Shown here piece after piece: positions 29,830 through 39,968 of a stretch of 64,000 nucleotides of DNA. Position 1 is the first letter of the stretch, and each line of letters opens with the position of its first letter. Made by a program: the position numbers and the translations under genes. The stretch lies in NCBI GenBank assembly GCA_964291315.2, contig OZ219753.1:2368001-2432000 (forward strand), in the 5' to 3' direction. This DNA is from Candidatus Poribacteria bacterium (GTDB lineage Bacteria > Poribacteria > WGA-4E > WGA-3G). The notes below the pieces were generated by a model. That model had not been told where the DNA came from and ran no database searches. It saw only the letters and a list, made by a program, of their open reading frames with translations.

Positions 29830-32800
29830 TTGCACTTAAATAGCATCAAAATTCGTGGTTTCAAGAGTTTCGCAGAAGAAGTTGAATTAATACTCGAACC
29901 CGGCATTACTGCTATTGTCGGCCCTAACGGTTGCGGGAAAAGCAACGTGTCCGATGCAATTCGCTGGGTACTTGGGGAACAGAGCGCTCGTTCCCTTCGG
30001 TGTGCTTCTATGCGCGACTTACTTTTTAACGGCGGGGCTAATTTCGTACCGGCGCAGGGGACAGAGGTAACGCTCCGCTTCTCAAATGGTTCGAGAAACC
30101 TGGACACCTCGGCCCAGACTGCGCCTGCTAAACTCGCCTTCGGATCGCCAGAGATTGAGGTTTCTCGGCGCCTCACACGCGACGGGGAAAGTCGCTACCT
30201 CATCAATCAAAATCTGTGTCGCCTCCGCGATATCACTGAACTCTTTATGGATACCGGCATCGGAGTCGACGCCTACTCCGTCATGGAGCAGAGCAAAATT
30301 GATATGATTCTCAATGTGCGTCCCGAAGATCGCAGATTTCTATTTGATGAGGTCGCCGGTATTACAAAATATAAACATCGAAAAAAAACTGCTCTCCGGA
30401 AACTTGAGCAGACCGATCAGAACCTCGTCCGCATCAACGATGTAATTCAGGAGTTGCAACGAGAAACTGAATCACTTAAAGAACAAGCGGAACAGGCGCG
30501 GCACTATAACGCCCAACAAGATCAGCTAAAACGGTTTGAATTAGAACTTGCTCATAGAGAATATGACAAACTCCGCACTGATTACTTGCAGCTGCAAAGC
30601 GAGCTGGATGAAATTTTAAATGCCTCCACGGATGCTTCTGAACAACTCAAAGCCGCCGAAGAACGTATCGAGAATGCCACACATCGACAGTCCGAATTAG
30701 ATGCAACCATACGGACAGGACAGACAGCGCTTCGCGAGATCGAAACGAAGATTGAGCAGGTTGAACGTCAGATAGTCCTACATAAGGAAAGACAACTCAA
30801 CATACAGCAGCAACGTCAACGCGCCATTCAAGCGCTTGAAGCTTTAAAGGCGCAACACACGAGTACTCTCGCCCAACAAAAACAGCGCACACAAGAACAT
30901 CAGAAGCTTGAAGCGTCCTTCAAGATAGAAGAGAGTCGCTTGACAGCGCGGCAACAGCTTCTAACACAGCTCACCGAACGTATCGATGTTTCCAAGAAAT
31001 CTGTTCGGGATGCTCAGACCGTTTTAACCCAAACCACAACCGAATTGACAGAACGCGAGCGAAAACGCTTGGCGATCGAGCATGAGTTGACGAGTCGCGA
31101 GGGCAATCTCAATCGTCTCAAAGAAAACAGAGAGACGTTGGCAGCCGAACTTAACACCGCTACTGAGACCCATGCGGCGGTACAGCGGGCTGAAACACAA
31201 TTAAAGGCAGATCTCATTCAGTTTGAAGCCGAAAGGAGTCAGGTAGAGGTTGAACTCGGGAAAAATCAGGACGCACTTCGTAAAATTGAGGCGGAAATCA
31301 GCGGGCTACAGAATACACTCGGTAGGAGTACCTCTCGATTGAGATCTCTACAAGAGTTACAAGCAGCCTATGAAGGATATTACCTCGGGGTTCGGGCGAT
31401 AATGCAAGCGAAAAGCCATTATCCGGCCCAATTCCGAGGCGTGTGTGGTGTTGTTGCTGAACTGCTTTCTATGGATGGCGAGTATGAGGGTGCCATAGAG
31501 GTGGCGCTCGGGAGCACTATCCAGAATGTCGTTACCGAAACCGCGGAGGATGCCGAGAACGGCATCGCTTTCCTTAGAAAGCATCGGGCCGGTCGAGTGA
31601 CATTTCTCCCGCTTGATATTTTACGTAAACGCAGATTTAATGATGATGTGTTGCTAAAGCAGACAGGGGTTATTGGCATCGCCCAAGAATTAGTGAATTA
31701 CGACCGCAAATATGAGATCGCCGTGCAGCATCTGCTCGGAAACACGCTTGTTGTTGAAGATTTGGATGCCGCAATCGCACTCACTCGTCGATTCCATCCA
31801 AACGCAAGGCTTGTAACCTTAGAGGGCGAGCTTATTAATACCTCGGGCGCTATTACCGGGGGCCAGACAAATCAACAGAAAAGTGGTCTACTCAGCCGCG
31901 CCCGTGAACTTGATGACCTTGAAGACAAGATCGGACAATTGACCCAGAGCAACAATCAGAAAGATCAGAAACGTAAAGCCTATGCAGCAACGATAGCGAA
32001 TTTACAAAAGACCAAGCAGACACTCACCACATATTGGCAAGATAAGCGCGTTGAAAAAGCCTCGCTAACCAAAGATATGGAGCAGGCGAACCTCCACGTC
32101 ACACGACTTAAGCAACAGCTTGCAACCGTCGAGGTTGAAAACAGAGAGCTGAAACAAGCGGTAGCCGGCTCACGCGAAGAACAAACCAATCTTGAGACCG
32201 ACATCGCGGCATTGACGCAAAATGTGAGCAGGTCCCAACGGTGGATTGAGCGTATGTCTGAACAGATTGAAAGCGAAGACCGAAAACGCTCCGAAGTCGC
32301 TAATGCCTGTCAGGAAATGCAAGTCTTCTTAGCAGGACAACGTCAGCGGCTAGAGGGCTTGGCATCCGAACTTCGAACGCTTGGAGAAACCCAACAGCGC
32401 ACAACAAAGGAAATCGCCGAACAGCAAAAGGTCATTGACTCGGATGAACAGACGCGAATCGACCTCGGTGAACAAGTAGCCGAAGCCCAACGTGAGTTCC
32501 TCTGTTTAGAAGGCGATCGCGCCGAGGCTGAATCGCGTGTTGACGACCTAACCCAAGAACGTGAGAACCTGCTCCAAGAGATAACCAGCCTCCAGAAGGA
32601 AATGCGCGCAACACGCAGACGGTTTGAGCAGCAGAACCGCGCACGGCATAAACTTGAAGTCACAATAACGCAGCTGGAGATGCGTATAAAATCGGTTTCG
32701 ACTCGCATTCACGATAAATACCAGATTTCGATTGATGCACTGCCTCTGCTGACGAATGACCAACAGACAATAGACGAAATTGATCTCCTTGACAATATTG

Positions 32801-33423
32801 AGAAGTTGAAGGCGAATCTAGCAGCAATGGGGGCTGTGAACCTCAAGGCAATTGAGGCTTACGAAGAACACAAGAAACGCCACGACTTTCTTATTGCACA
32901 ACGTGAGGATGTCCAACAGTCGATTCAAGCCACCTATCAGGCCATTCAGAAAATTAACCAAACCTCAAGAGACGTATTTCTTAAAACATTTGATCAAGTA
33001 CAGGCAAACTTCCAAGAGGTCTTTACCCAACTCTTCGGCGGTGGCGAAACAGAATTGTTACTGACGGATCCATCCAATGTTCTTGATTCAGGTATTGACA
33101 TTATCGCCCGTCCCCCGGGGAAACGTCCACAGAACATCACGCAACTTTCCGGTGGAGAACGATCGCTTGTAGCAATTGGGTTGCTGTTTGCTGTCTTCAA
33201 AATCAAGCCAAGCCCTTTCTGTGTGCTTGACGAAGTGGATGCCGCACTTGATGAAGCGAACGTGCTTCGCTTTGCCAATCTCATCGGAACCTATACCGAG
33301 AATACCCAATTTGTGATTATCACCCATAACCGGCGCACGATGGAGATCGCTGACGTAATGTACGGCGTAACGATGGAGCAGGCCGGCATCTCAAAAATTG
33401 TTTCCGCTAAGTTCGTTGAGTAA
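29830..33423 (+). CDS. smc: Chromosome segregation protein SMC
   Basis: GFKSF, GPNGCGKSN, hinge GRVTFLPL, LSGGE, LDEVDAALD; start reassigned to TTG at 29830 after GGAGG. Confidence 0.96.
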   Translation: MHLNSIKIRGFKSFAEEVELILEPGITAIVGPNGCGKSNVSDAIRWVLGEQSARSLRCASMRDLLFNGGANFVPAQGTEVTLRFSNGSRNLDTSAQTAPAKLAFGSPEIEVSRRLTRDGESRYLINQNLCRLRDITELFMDTGIGVDAYSVMEQSKIDMILNVRPEDRRFLFDEVAGITKYKHRKKTALRKLEQTDQNLVRINDVIQELQRETESLKEQAEQARHYNAQQDQLKRFELELAHREYDKLRTDYLQLQSELDEILNASTDASEQLKAAEERIENATHRQSELDATIRTGQTALREIETKIEQVERQIVLHKERQLNIQQQRQRAIQALEALKAQHTSTLAQQKQRTQEHQKLEASFKIEESRLTARQQLLTQLTERIDVSKKSVRDAQTVLTQTTTELTERERKRLAIEHELTSREGNLNRLKENRETLAAELNTATETHAAVQRAETQLKADLIQFEAERSQVEVELGKNQDALRKIEAEISGLQNTLGRSTSRLRSLQELQAAYEGYYLGVRAIMQAKSHYPAQFRGVCGVVAELLSMDGEYEGAIEVALGSTIQNVVTETAEDAENGIAFLRKHRAGRVTFLPLDILRKRRFNDDVLLKQTGVIGIAQELVNYDRKYEIAVQHLLGNTLVVEDLDAAIALTRRFHPNARLVTLEGELINTSGAITGGQTNQQKSGLLSRARELDDLEDKIGQLTQSNNQKDQKRKAYAATIANLQKTKQTLTTYWQDKRVEKASLTKDMEQANLHVTRLKQQLATVEVENRELKQAVAGSREEQTNLETDIAALTQNVSRSQRWIERMSEQIESEDRKRSEVANACQEMQVFLAGQRQRLEGLASELRTLGETQQRTTKEIAEQQKVIDSDEQTRIDLGEQVAEAQREFLCLEGDRAEAESRVDDLTQERENLLQEITSLQKEMRATRRRFEQQNRARHKLEVTITQLEMRIKSVSTRIHDKYQISIDALPLLTNDQQTIDEIDLLDNIEKLKANLAAMGAVNLKAIEAYEEHKKRHDFLIAQREDVQQSIQATYQAIQKINQTSRDVFLKTFDQVQANFQEVFTQLFGGGETELLLTDPSNVLDSGIDIIARPPGKRPQNITQLSGGERSLVAIGLLFAVFKIKPSPFCVLDEVDAALDEANVLRFANLIGTYTENTQFVIITHNRRTMEIADVMYGVTMEQAGISKIVSAKFVE

Positions 33424-33510
33424 GCATCAAGCACATAGCATCTATATTATCGCTGAATATCAAGTCATAAACACCATCCGACCCGGAAATAGGAGTCTCC
33501 AGCCCGAAAA

Positions 33511-34482
33511 ATGATGAACAAGCTGAATCGGAATCAACTTAGAGTTCTGCCGCTCTCTAAACGCCGACACAAAATGACGGTGGCGGATATCTATGCACTA
33601 GACGCAGAGACCTCACCTTACGATAATCCGCAGCTCTGCATCGTTGCGGATAGAATCGCTAAAGCACATCGCCAACGGAAACAAGTCATTTGGATGATGG
33701 GCGCGCACGTCATGCGTCGCGGCAACTCCCGATACATCATCGACTTAATGGAGCGGGGCGTTCTTACGCATCTCGCTACTAACGGCGCATGTGCTATCCA
33801 CGATTTTGAGCTTGCACATATCGGTGCAACCCTTGAAGATGTAGAGGATTACATCTCGGACGGTAAGTTCGGCAATTGGGAAGAAACAGGACGCTATTTG
33901 AACGAGGCGATTGTCCGAGGCCATCACGATAAAATTGGATTTGGAGAAGCGATCGGCAGGTTCATACAAGAAGCTGAGAAGGGCACCCCTTTCCCGCATC
34001 GCGATGTGAGTATCTTTGCAGCCGCTTACCGCCTCGGCATACCGTTCACTGTCCACAAAGGCATCGGTTTCGACATCATAGACCAACACCCGGCAGCCGA
34101 TTACGCCGCAATGGGATGGACAACAGGTGAGGATTTCCTCCGTTTTGCCCAAAGCGTGTCGCAATTGGAAAACGGGGTTTTTCTCAATTTAGGTTCTGCC
34201 GTAATGGGGCCTGAAGTCTACCTCAAAAGCCTCTCCATGGCCCGAAACATCGCAGCGCAACACGGTGAAGAGATCCGACATTTCACAACCGCAAACTTCG
34301 ATCTCATCGACTTCCCCGATTTCCAAGATGAAGGATCGCCTGCCGAGGCGCACTACTACCATCGCCCAAAAAAAACGATCCTCATCCGCACCGTGAAAGA
34401 CGGCGGGGAAGGTTATCATATCCCCGGCGATTTCTCAGTAACCATCCCGCAGTTATACCATTTGTTGGTAAAATCTCTATAA
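33511..34482 (+). CDS. Conserved protein, deoxyhypusine-synthase-like fold (function unknown)
   Basis: MGAHV, ATNGACAIHDFE and LNLGSAVMGPEVYLK resemble DHS-like NAD-binding proteins. Confidence 0.5.
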   Translation: MMNKLNRNQLRVLPLSKRRHKMTVADIYALDAETSPYDNPQLCIVADRIAKAHRQRKQVIWMMGAHVMRRGNSRYIIDLMERGVLTHLATNGACAIHDFELAHIGATLEDVEDYISDGKFGNWEETGRYLNEAIVRGHHDKIGFGEAIGRFIQEAEKGTPFPHRDVSIFAAAYRLGIPFTVHKGIGFDIIDQHPAADYAAMGWTTGEDFLRFAQSVSQLENGVFLNLGSAVMGPEVYLKSLSMARNIAAQHGEEIRHFTTANFDLIDFPDFQDEGSPAEAHYYHRPKKTILIRTVKDGGEGYHIPGDFSVTIPQLYHLLVKSL

Positions 34483-34599
34483 AGGCCTGTATCACGGCTA
34501 GTATAAAGCATCTAGATGCCGCGTGTCCTAATACGCTGATATAAAAATCTAAGGAGACGATGGTCAAAAGGGAATACCCGATCTTGGGTGAGAAAATAT

Positions 34600-34629
34600 T
34601 TGACATATCTTAACGACTTAAGGTATGAT
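34600..34629 (+). promoter_or_regulatory. sigma70-like promoter with a CTTAA-N4-TTAAG palindrome in the spacer
   Basis: TTGACA-N18-TATGAT; CTTAAcgacTTAAG at 34609-34622. Confidence 0.65.
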
Positions 34630-34708
34630 TAACGCAAAATCTTTTTTCAACTTCACGTTATATTACTTTTACAGAAACCGTTCACCGATAGCATCCGGTA
34701 CATTGCGA

Positions 34709-34840
34709 ATGAAAAGACACGCGAACATCCCATCGATCCAAATAGGTGCTCCTGAAACATCCACTTCCATGTGCCTAAGTGTGCGTAAAGATGAGTCTCT
34801 TTGCGTGCCTATACCAGATTACCCCCCCCGCTTTATGTAA
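34709..34840 (+). CDS. Putative leader peptide (43 aa, MKRHANIP...DYPPRFM) with a C8 tract; extends to 35075 if the tract is C7 or C10
   Basis: ATG at 34709; C8 at 34822-34829; the shifted frame encodes RLTAFAPV (34884-34907), homologous to the leader at 62208-62231. Confidence 0.5.
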   Translation: MKRHANIPSIQIGAPETSTSMCLSVRKDESLCVPIPDYPPRFM

Positions 34841-34900
34841 GTTAAGTTCTTTATACAATCAGGTAGGCTCGGAAACGTTACTCCGGCTTACCGCCTTCGC

Positions 34901-34950
34901 GCCCGTGCCCACTCCGTTTTGGACGGAGCCCCTCAGCACGGGCTTTTTTT
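34901..34950 (+). terminator. Intrinsic terminator/attenuator inside the leader of the DUF1156 gene
   Basis: GCCCGTGC (34901-34908) pairs with GCACGGGC (34936-34943), followed by T7; internal ctccgt/acggag stem. Confidence 0.75.
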
Positions 34951-35049
34951 GTTGCAGTAGCATTTCACTACTGCAGGCTCCCCCGTTACACCCAACGCAG
35001 ACAATCCGTCAATTAAAGGCTGCCACCGCACAATCCATGGCAGGTTCAT

Positions 35050-37839
35050 ATGCCGTACCGCAAAAAACTGATTGAAACGAATATACCGCTCCGAGACATC
35101 AATATGGAGTCAGCGAAAAATACTTCCTCTAGCCCCGGTCATCCGGCAACGTTACATCGCTACTGGGCGCGCCGACCGCTTGCCGCATGCCGCGCCGTTG
35201 TCTTCGCCAGCTTTGTCGACGACCCCGCCGAATGCGAAGACGAGTTCCGAACTGAATACGAACAGAGCGCCGAACGCAACCGGCTCTACGGCATCATAAA
35301 GCGACTTATCGTCTGGCAGAACAGCAACGACGCAAACCTGCTGGCAGAGGCACGCTATGAGATCGCCCTCTCCGTCGCCCGCAATAACGGAGAAGACCTT
35401 GCCGAGTTTCGCGAGCGACACAATGCCGATCCAGACGCTGTTTTGCGGTATCTGCGCGAGCACGCCCCCGCTGTCTACGATCCCTTCTGTGGCGGCGGCT
35501 CGGTTCCGCTCGAGGCACAGCGCTTGGGACTGCGGGCCCGGGGCTCCGACCTGAACCCACTCCCCGTGCTCCTGAACAAGGCGATGATTGAGCTGCCACC
35601 GAAGTTCCACAATCAGCAACCGGTCAACCCGGAGGCGGACCCGATGCACATGTTCACAGACCGTGGCAAAAGCAAGGCTCGCGCGCCTTGGAGAGGCACT
35701 GCGGGCTTAGCAGCGGACATCCGCTACTATGGTGCGTGGATGCGTGAGCAGGCATACAAACGGATTGGGCATCTCTATCCGAAGGCAGAGTTGCCGGACG
35801 GTACTTCAGCCACTGTGGTTGCGTGGCTCTGGGCACGCACGGTGCTGTGTATTAACCCAGCGTGCGGTCTACAGATACCGTTGATAAAGACATTCCAGTT
35901 GTCGAAAAAGAGGGGACATGAGCGCTACATTAAGCCGGTGGTTGACAGAGAGACGAACACCATATCGTGGCAGGTGCAGACCAATCCTGACGGGTTGCCG
36001 GCGCCCACGGTGATGCGAACGGGGGCGTATTGTTGCGGTTGCGGCACCGCTGCGAAGCTGCCTTACGTCCGGGAGCAGGCAAAAACAGGCAGAATGGGAG
36101 AGACGATGACAACGATAGTCGCTGAGGGAGACAGCAAAAAAATATTCTTGGCACCCGCTGAAACACACGTCCAAATTGCCCAGTCTGCTGAGCCCGAACG
36201 AAGACCGCGTCTAGCAATGCCGAATAGCCCGACTTTGGTCAGTGGGCGTGGATACGGCATCACACATTGGCATCAACTTTTCACAAAACGGCAGTTGACT
36301 GCACTCAACACCTTCTCTGACCTATTAGTCGAAGTGCATGCCCGGCTCACTGAGGATGGCGCGCCCCCAGCGTATGCCGATGCTGTTTCCACCTATCTCT
36401 CCCTCGCCATCGGCAGAACTGCGGAGAGTCATTGCAGTTTTGCATGGTGGTACAATGGAGCGGAGCAGATCTCAAAAGTTTTTTCACGGCATGCGATTCC
36501 GATGAATTGGAGCTTTGCTGAAGCCAATCCGTTCTCTACATCAGCACAGAATTGGATAGGGCAAGTAGAGTGGGTTGCAAAGGGAGTAGAAAACCTGCCC
36601 GCATCTGTAAACCTTGGCCAGGCACATCAGGCGAATGTGTGCACCACGCCGCACGCCCAAGATGCACCTGTTATTATCACCGATCCGCCCTACTACGATA
36701 ACATCGACTACGCCACCCTCTCTGATTTCTTTTACGTCTGGCTCAGACCCCTCCTGCGCAACACCTACCCAGATCTGTTCGCTGGCATGACAACACCAAA
36801 GACGGAAGAGATCGTCGCCAGCTCACGATTCGAAGACCCTAAACAGCATTTTGAAGATTTGCTGAGCAAGTCGTTTCGGCAGATGCGCCGCTACTGTTCG
36901 GATAAATACCCAACGTCTATCTTCTATGCCTATAAACAGCAGGAAAAAGGACGGGGCGGGAAAACCTCTACCGGATGGGAGACGATGCTCGAGGCAACTA
37001 TCAACACCGGCTTTCAGATCGTCGCCACCTGGCCACTGCGAACGGAAAAAACCAGCGGTTTTAAGACAGAGATTAACGCCTTGGCATCTTCTATGCTGCT
37101 GGTGTGCAGACCGCGCCCCGAAGACGCACCCCGCAGCGACAGAAACACCTTCATACGCGCACTCGAAAACGAGATGCCCGCTGCTCTCGACCGACTCACC
37201 CGCATCGCAAACATCAGACCCGTCGACCTCGCACAAGCCGCCATCGGCCCAGGCATGGAGATCTATTCCCGCTATCGCAGCGTCACGCGCATCAGCGGCG
37301 AAGTCGTCTCCATACGAGAGGCACTCCAACATATCAACAACGCAATCACCGCTTATCGCGAAAAGATAATCGGGGAACTCGACGCAGAGACGCAGTTCTG
37401 CCTCACTTGGCTGCAGCAACACGGATACCTGCCGGGCAGCTTCGGGGATGCCGATGGACTTTCAAAAGCAAGAGGCGTTTATGTGCCAGCGATGCACGAC
37501 AGACTGCTCATTGTAGACCGTGGCAAAGTCCGTTTATTGAAACCGGAAGAATACGCGGATCGCGAGGAGCATCCAGAGATGTCAGCGTGGGAGGGGTGTC
37601 TGCGGATGATCTGGCATCTCTCGTTCACAGAGTTCAGCGGTGGCATTCAGGGGTGTGCAAGGGTTGCACGCTTGATGCGTGACTATCACAGTGCGAGACG
37701 TTTGGCTCTGGTGTTGTACAGCTACTATGAGGCGCTGGGGCACACGGAGGATGCTGCACGCTATAACTACCTTGTGACACAGTGGACGTATATCTGGCAG
37801 ACGATGGGCTCCGCAGAGCAGATAGAGGCGGACGTTTAA
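35050..37839 (+). CDS. DUF1156 domain adenine-specific DNA methyltransferase (orphan)
   Basis: KKLIE..IPL..GHPATLHRYWARRPLAACRA; motif I DPFCGGGS; motif IV TDPPYYDN; Zn-finger CxxxxC/CxxC. Confidence 0.88.
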   Translation: MPYRKKLIETNIPLRDINMESAKNTSSSPGHPATLHRYWARRPLAACRAVVFASFVDDPAECEDEFRTEYEQSAERNRLYGIIKRLIVWQNSNDANLLAEARYEIALSVARNNGEDLAEFRERHNADPDAVLRYLREHAPAVYDPFCGGGSVPLEAQRLGLRARGSDLNPLPVLLNKAMIELPPKFHNQQPVNPEADPMHMFTDRGKSKARAPWRGTAGLAADIRYYGAWMREQAYKRIGHLYPKAELPDGTSATVVAWLWARTVLCINPACGLQIPLIKTFQLSKKRGHERYIKPVVDRETNTISWQVQTNPDGLPAPTVMRTGAYCCGCGTAAKLPYVREQAKTGRMGETMTTIVAEGDSKKIFLAPAETHVQIAQSAEPERRPRLAMPNSPTLVSGRGYGITHWHQLFTKRQLTALNTFSDLLVEVHARLTEDGAPPAYADAVSTYLSLAIGRTAESHCSFAWWYNGAEQISKVFSRHAIPMNWSFAEANPFSTSAQNWIGQVEWVAKGVENLPASVNLGQAHQANVCTTPHAQDAPVIITDPPYYDNIDYATLSDFFYVWLRPLLRNTYPDLFAGMTTPKTEEIVASSRFEDPKQHFEDLLSKSFRQMRRYCSDKYPTSIFYAYKQQEKGRGGKTSTGWETMLEATINTGFQIVATWPLRTEKTSGFKTEINALASSMLLVCRPRPEDAPRSDRNTFIRALENEMPAALDRLTRIANIRPVDLAQAAIGPGMEIYSRYRSVTRISGEVVSIREALQHINNAITAYREKIIGELDAETQFCLTWLQQHGYLPGSFGDADGLSKARGVYVPAMHDRLLIVDRGKVRLLKPEEYADREEHPEMSAWEGCLRMIWHLSFTEFSGGIQGCARVARLMRDYHSARRLALVLYSYYEALGHTEDAARYNYLVTQWTYIWQTMGSAEQIEADV

Positions 37840-37899
37840 TGCAGGTTCGTAGCATCACCTATTCGGGTGTGCACACACGCCAAGGGGGCTCCATAAGCT

Positions 37900-38154
37900 C
37901 TAGAAACACTGCAGTTCAGTAGACACAGACGTGCCAGAGATAAAAGTGCCTGGAAGTGTGATACTTGTTGTTATAGAAAACGCCGAGGATCGCCAGCACC
38001 GCGATCGGATCTACGGGGCTTTCTCTAACATGTGAGAAAAAAGTCGTCTATTTTGCAGAAGAGTGATACAATACACATGAGAGAATGCCTTCGCGGAAAG
38101 GTATAATAACCTTATTTTTTATACCAAGGTGGCTCTCTTTAGACAAAGGAAACA
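37900..38154 (+). repeat. Dispersed ~255-bp repeat element, copy A (MITE-like or ncRNA; carries TGATACAAT)
   Basis: Aligns along its length with the reverse complement of 40891-41167. Confidence 0.85.
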
Positions 38155-38210
38155 CTTTATTCAACCTTGCGGTAGACAGACTCAAAAACGAAATCACATA
38201 GGAGAAGCTC

Positions 38211-38927
38211 ATGAAACTTGAGAGCATCACACCGAGCACACAGTTTAGTTCCTGCTCTGAATTGAACGACATATTCAGAGCAGCAGGGTATAGACGGTAC
38301 GACCGAACCATAACAGAACTCTACGGGTACACAGAACGCTCAGTAGTTAAAACAGAATATGAGAGTCGTGCATGGAAACAGACAAGAGGAGAAGTACCGT
38401 ACCATCTACTCACACCCAGGTATTGGAAAGTGCAAGAACAGGTTCGCATCATGATAGAAGAATGCTTTGACAGATTCTGCATATTAGAACTAGACGAAGA
38501 ACCATTCGGAGTCGCCTTAAAAGTCGGCGTAAGGAGCAATCCGTTGACAGAAATAGCCCTCTACGAAGAGATCATCCAACTCATAAACCCAATCACCTTA
38601 GACTTCCCTGAAGTAGATACATTAGACTACAATCCACAAACACAGAAATACGAAAGCAGGTTAGAAACGCCCATCCGCTTAAGAGGTCTCCGCTTCATCA
38701 GTCCTGATGAGAGCTTAGAGGCTTTTACAGATGAACCGTGGTATGAAAACGGCGATGGCACACACTGGCAGAACGGGTATGAGATGTTAAACGAAGTTGT
38801 CTATTATGATATCTTTGAAAAATACATCCCAAAGGCATTTTACGACCTCAGATACATCTACGAAGAGGCATCAGAAGAGGTCAAAGAAATCCTATTTAAC
38901 GGCCAAAACATTGAGTGGGAAATATAA
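38211..38927 (+). CDS. Hypothetical protein
   Basis: 238-aa ORF with AGGAG RBS; A-rich, acidic and aromatic; no recognised motif. Confidence 0.65.
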   Translation: MKLESITPSTQFSSCSELNDIFRAAGYRRYDRTITELYGYTERSVVKTEYESRAWKQTRGEVPYHLLTPRYWKVQEQVRIMIEECFDRFCILELDEEPFGVALKVGVRSNPLTEIALYEEIIQLINPITLDFPEVDTLDYNPQTQKYESRLETPIRLRGLRFISPDESLEAFTDEPWYENGDGTHWQNGYEMLNEVVYYDIFEKYIPKAFYDLRYIYEEASEEVKEILFNGQNIEWEI

Positions 38928-38958
38928 TCTAAAGGCGCTAAAGTGTCTACCCGAACAA

Positions 38959-39903
38959 TTAGATCGTCCGCTCAAGTAATGTTACGTCGGGCCCACCGCG
39001 GTAGAGAACAACACTATACTGCAGTTTCAAGATTTCATCGGAAGCAAGACGGAACGGCTCGTAGTAAACAAACGAAGGATGGATCAAGCAGTAGTTCTCG
39101 CGATTACGCACCCACCACGTTGTCGGGTAGCGAGGGTTATCAGGATGGTCAACGATTGCAACACCGTAGGTTTCGTCGTCTCTTGGATGCTGTGAAGTGA
39201 AGCTGCACCAACGACTCCGTTTACCGAAGATATCCATCGGTTCAGTGCGTCCATCGGCATTTAAAAGCTTGCCCGGTGTGATGATATTATCAAATCGGAT
39301 TGCCAATCCGCTGTAGAATCTACCTTCTGCCCCCGGCTCCCCGCGCCGTAAATCTAGGACAACTTCACGTTCATGCGGCTGAAGTGTTAAAGAGACAGCG
39401 ATTTGCATTGCATCATTTGTGGGCGGATGAACAGTTATCTCGCGCTGTTCTGTCAAATGCGTTGTGCCTTGCCAATCTGTCCAAGTGTTTGCTGTCGTTA
39501 AACCGGCACTGTCAGCATCTGCATTTTGCACAACGATCCGCTGATGGACGATCTTGCCGAAACCTGCTGGATCATCCCCGGGGCCCGGTTGTTCCCAGAA
39601 ATTGACCCCGTTAACCTTTTTCCACGCAACCCATAAGCCTTGGTGATGCACATGATCGCCGGGTTCGTTCATTGTGAGCGGTGGTGCACCGGGTAGATTC
39701 AACGGGTGGCAGAACGGACGGTTACCGTTTTCAGGGAAATGGTAACCCAAGACCTGTTGCTTGTTCCAAGCGATGCTTAAACTATTTTGTGTATGTGAAA
39801 GTGAGAACATATTTTTATCCGTAACATTAAGAATGCCACATCTGAATTGCAGCTTTGAGTTTCCAATTATCAGGTGCCCAATTCCGTCGAACATTTTCGG
39901 CAT
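38959..39903 (-). CDS. PmoA-like (DUF6807) putative carbohydrate-active protein; true start may be near 39810
   Basis: RPFCHPL, DHVHHQGLWVAW..VNGVNFWE and DHPDNPRYPTTW motifs. Confidence 0.7.
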   Translation of the reverse strand: MPKMFDGIGHLIIGNSKLQFRCGILNVTDKNMFSLSHTQNSLSIAWNKQQVLGYHFPENGNRPFCHPLNLPGAPPLTMNEPGDHVHHQGLWVAWKKVNGVNFWEQPGPGDDPAGFGKIVHQRIVVQNADADSAGLTTANTWTDWQGTTHLTEQREITVHPPTNDAMQIAVSLTLQPHEREVVLDLRRGEPGAEGRFYSGLAIRFDNIITPGKLLNADGRTEPMDIFGKRSRWCSFTSQHPRDDETYGVAIVDHPDNPRYPTTWWVRNRENYCLIHPSFVYYEPFRLASDEILKLQYSVVLYRGGPDVTLLERTI

Positions 39904-39968
39904 AGCACAACTACCGAGCGGTATCTATAAAATTATAACGCCTGTATGCCCGAGTGCCGAAGCCAGCT

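Noticed and set aside
34885-34900. ops-like GGCGGTAAG
   Set aside because: Present only on the template strand relative to the promoter and not conserved in leader B
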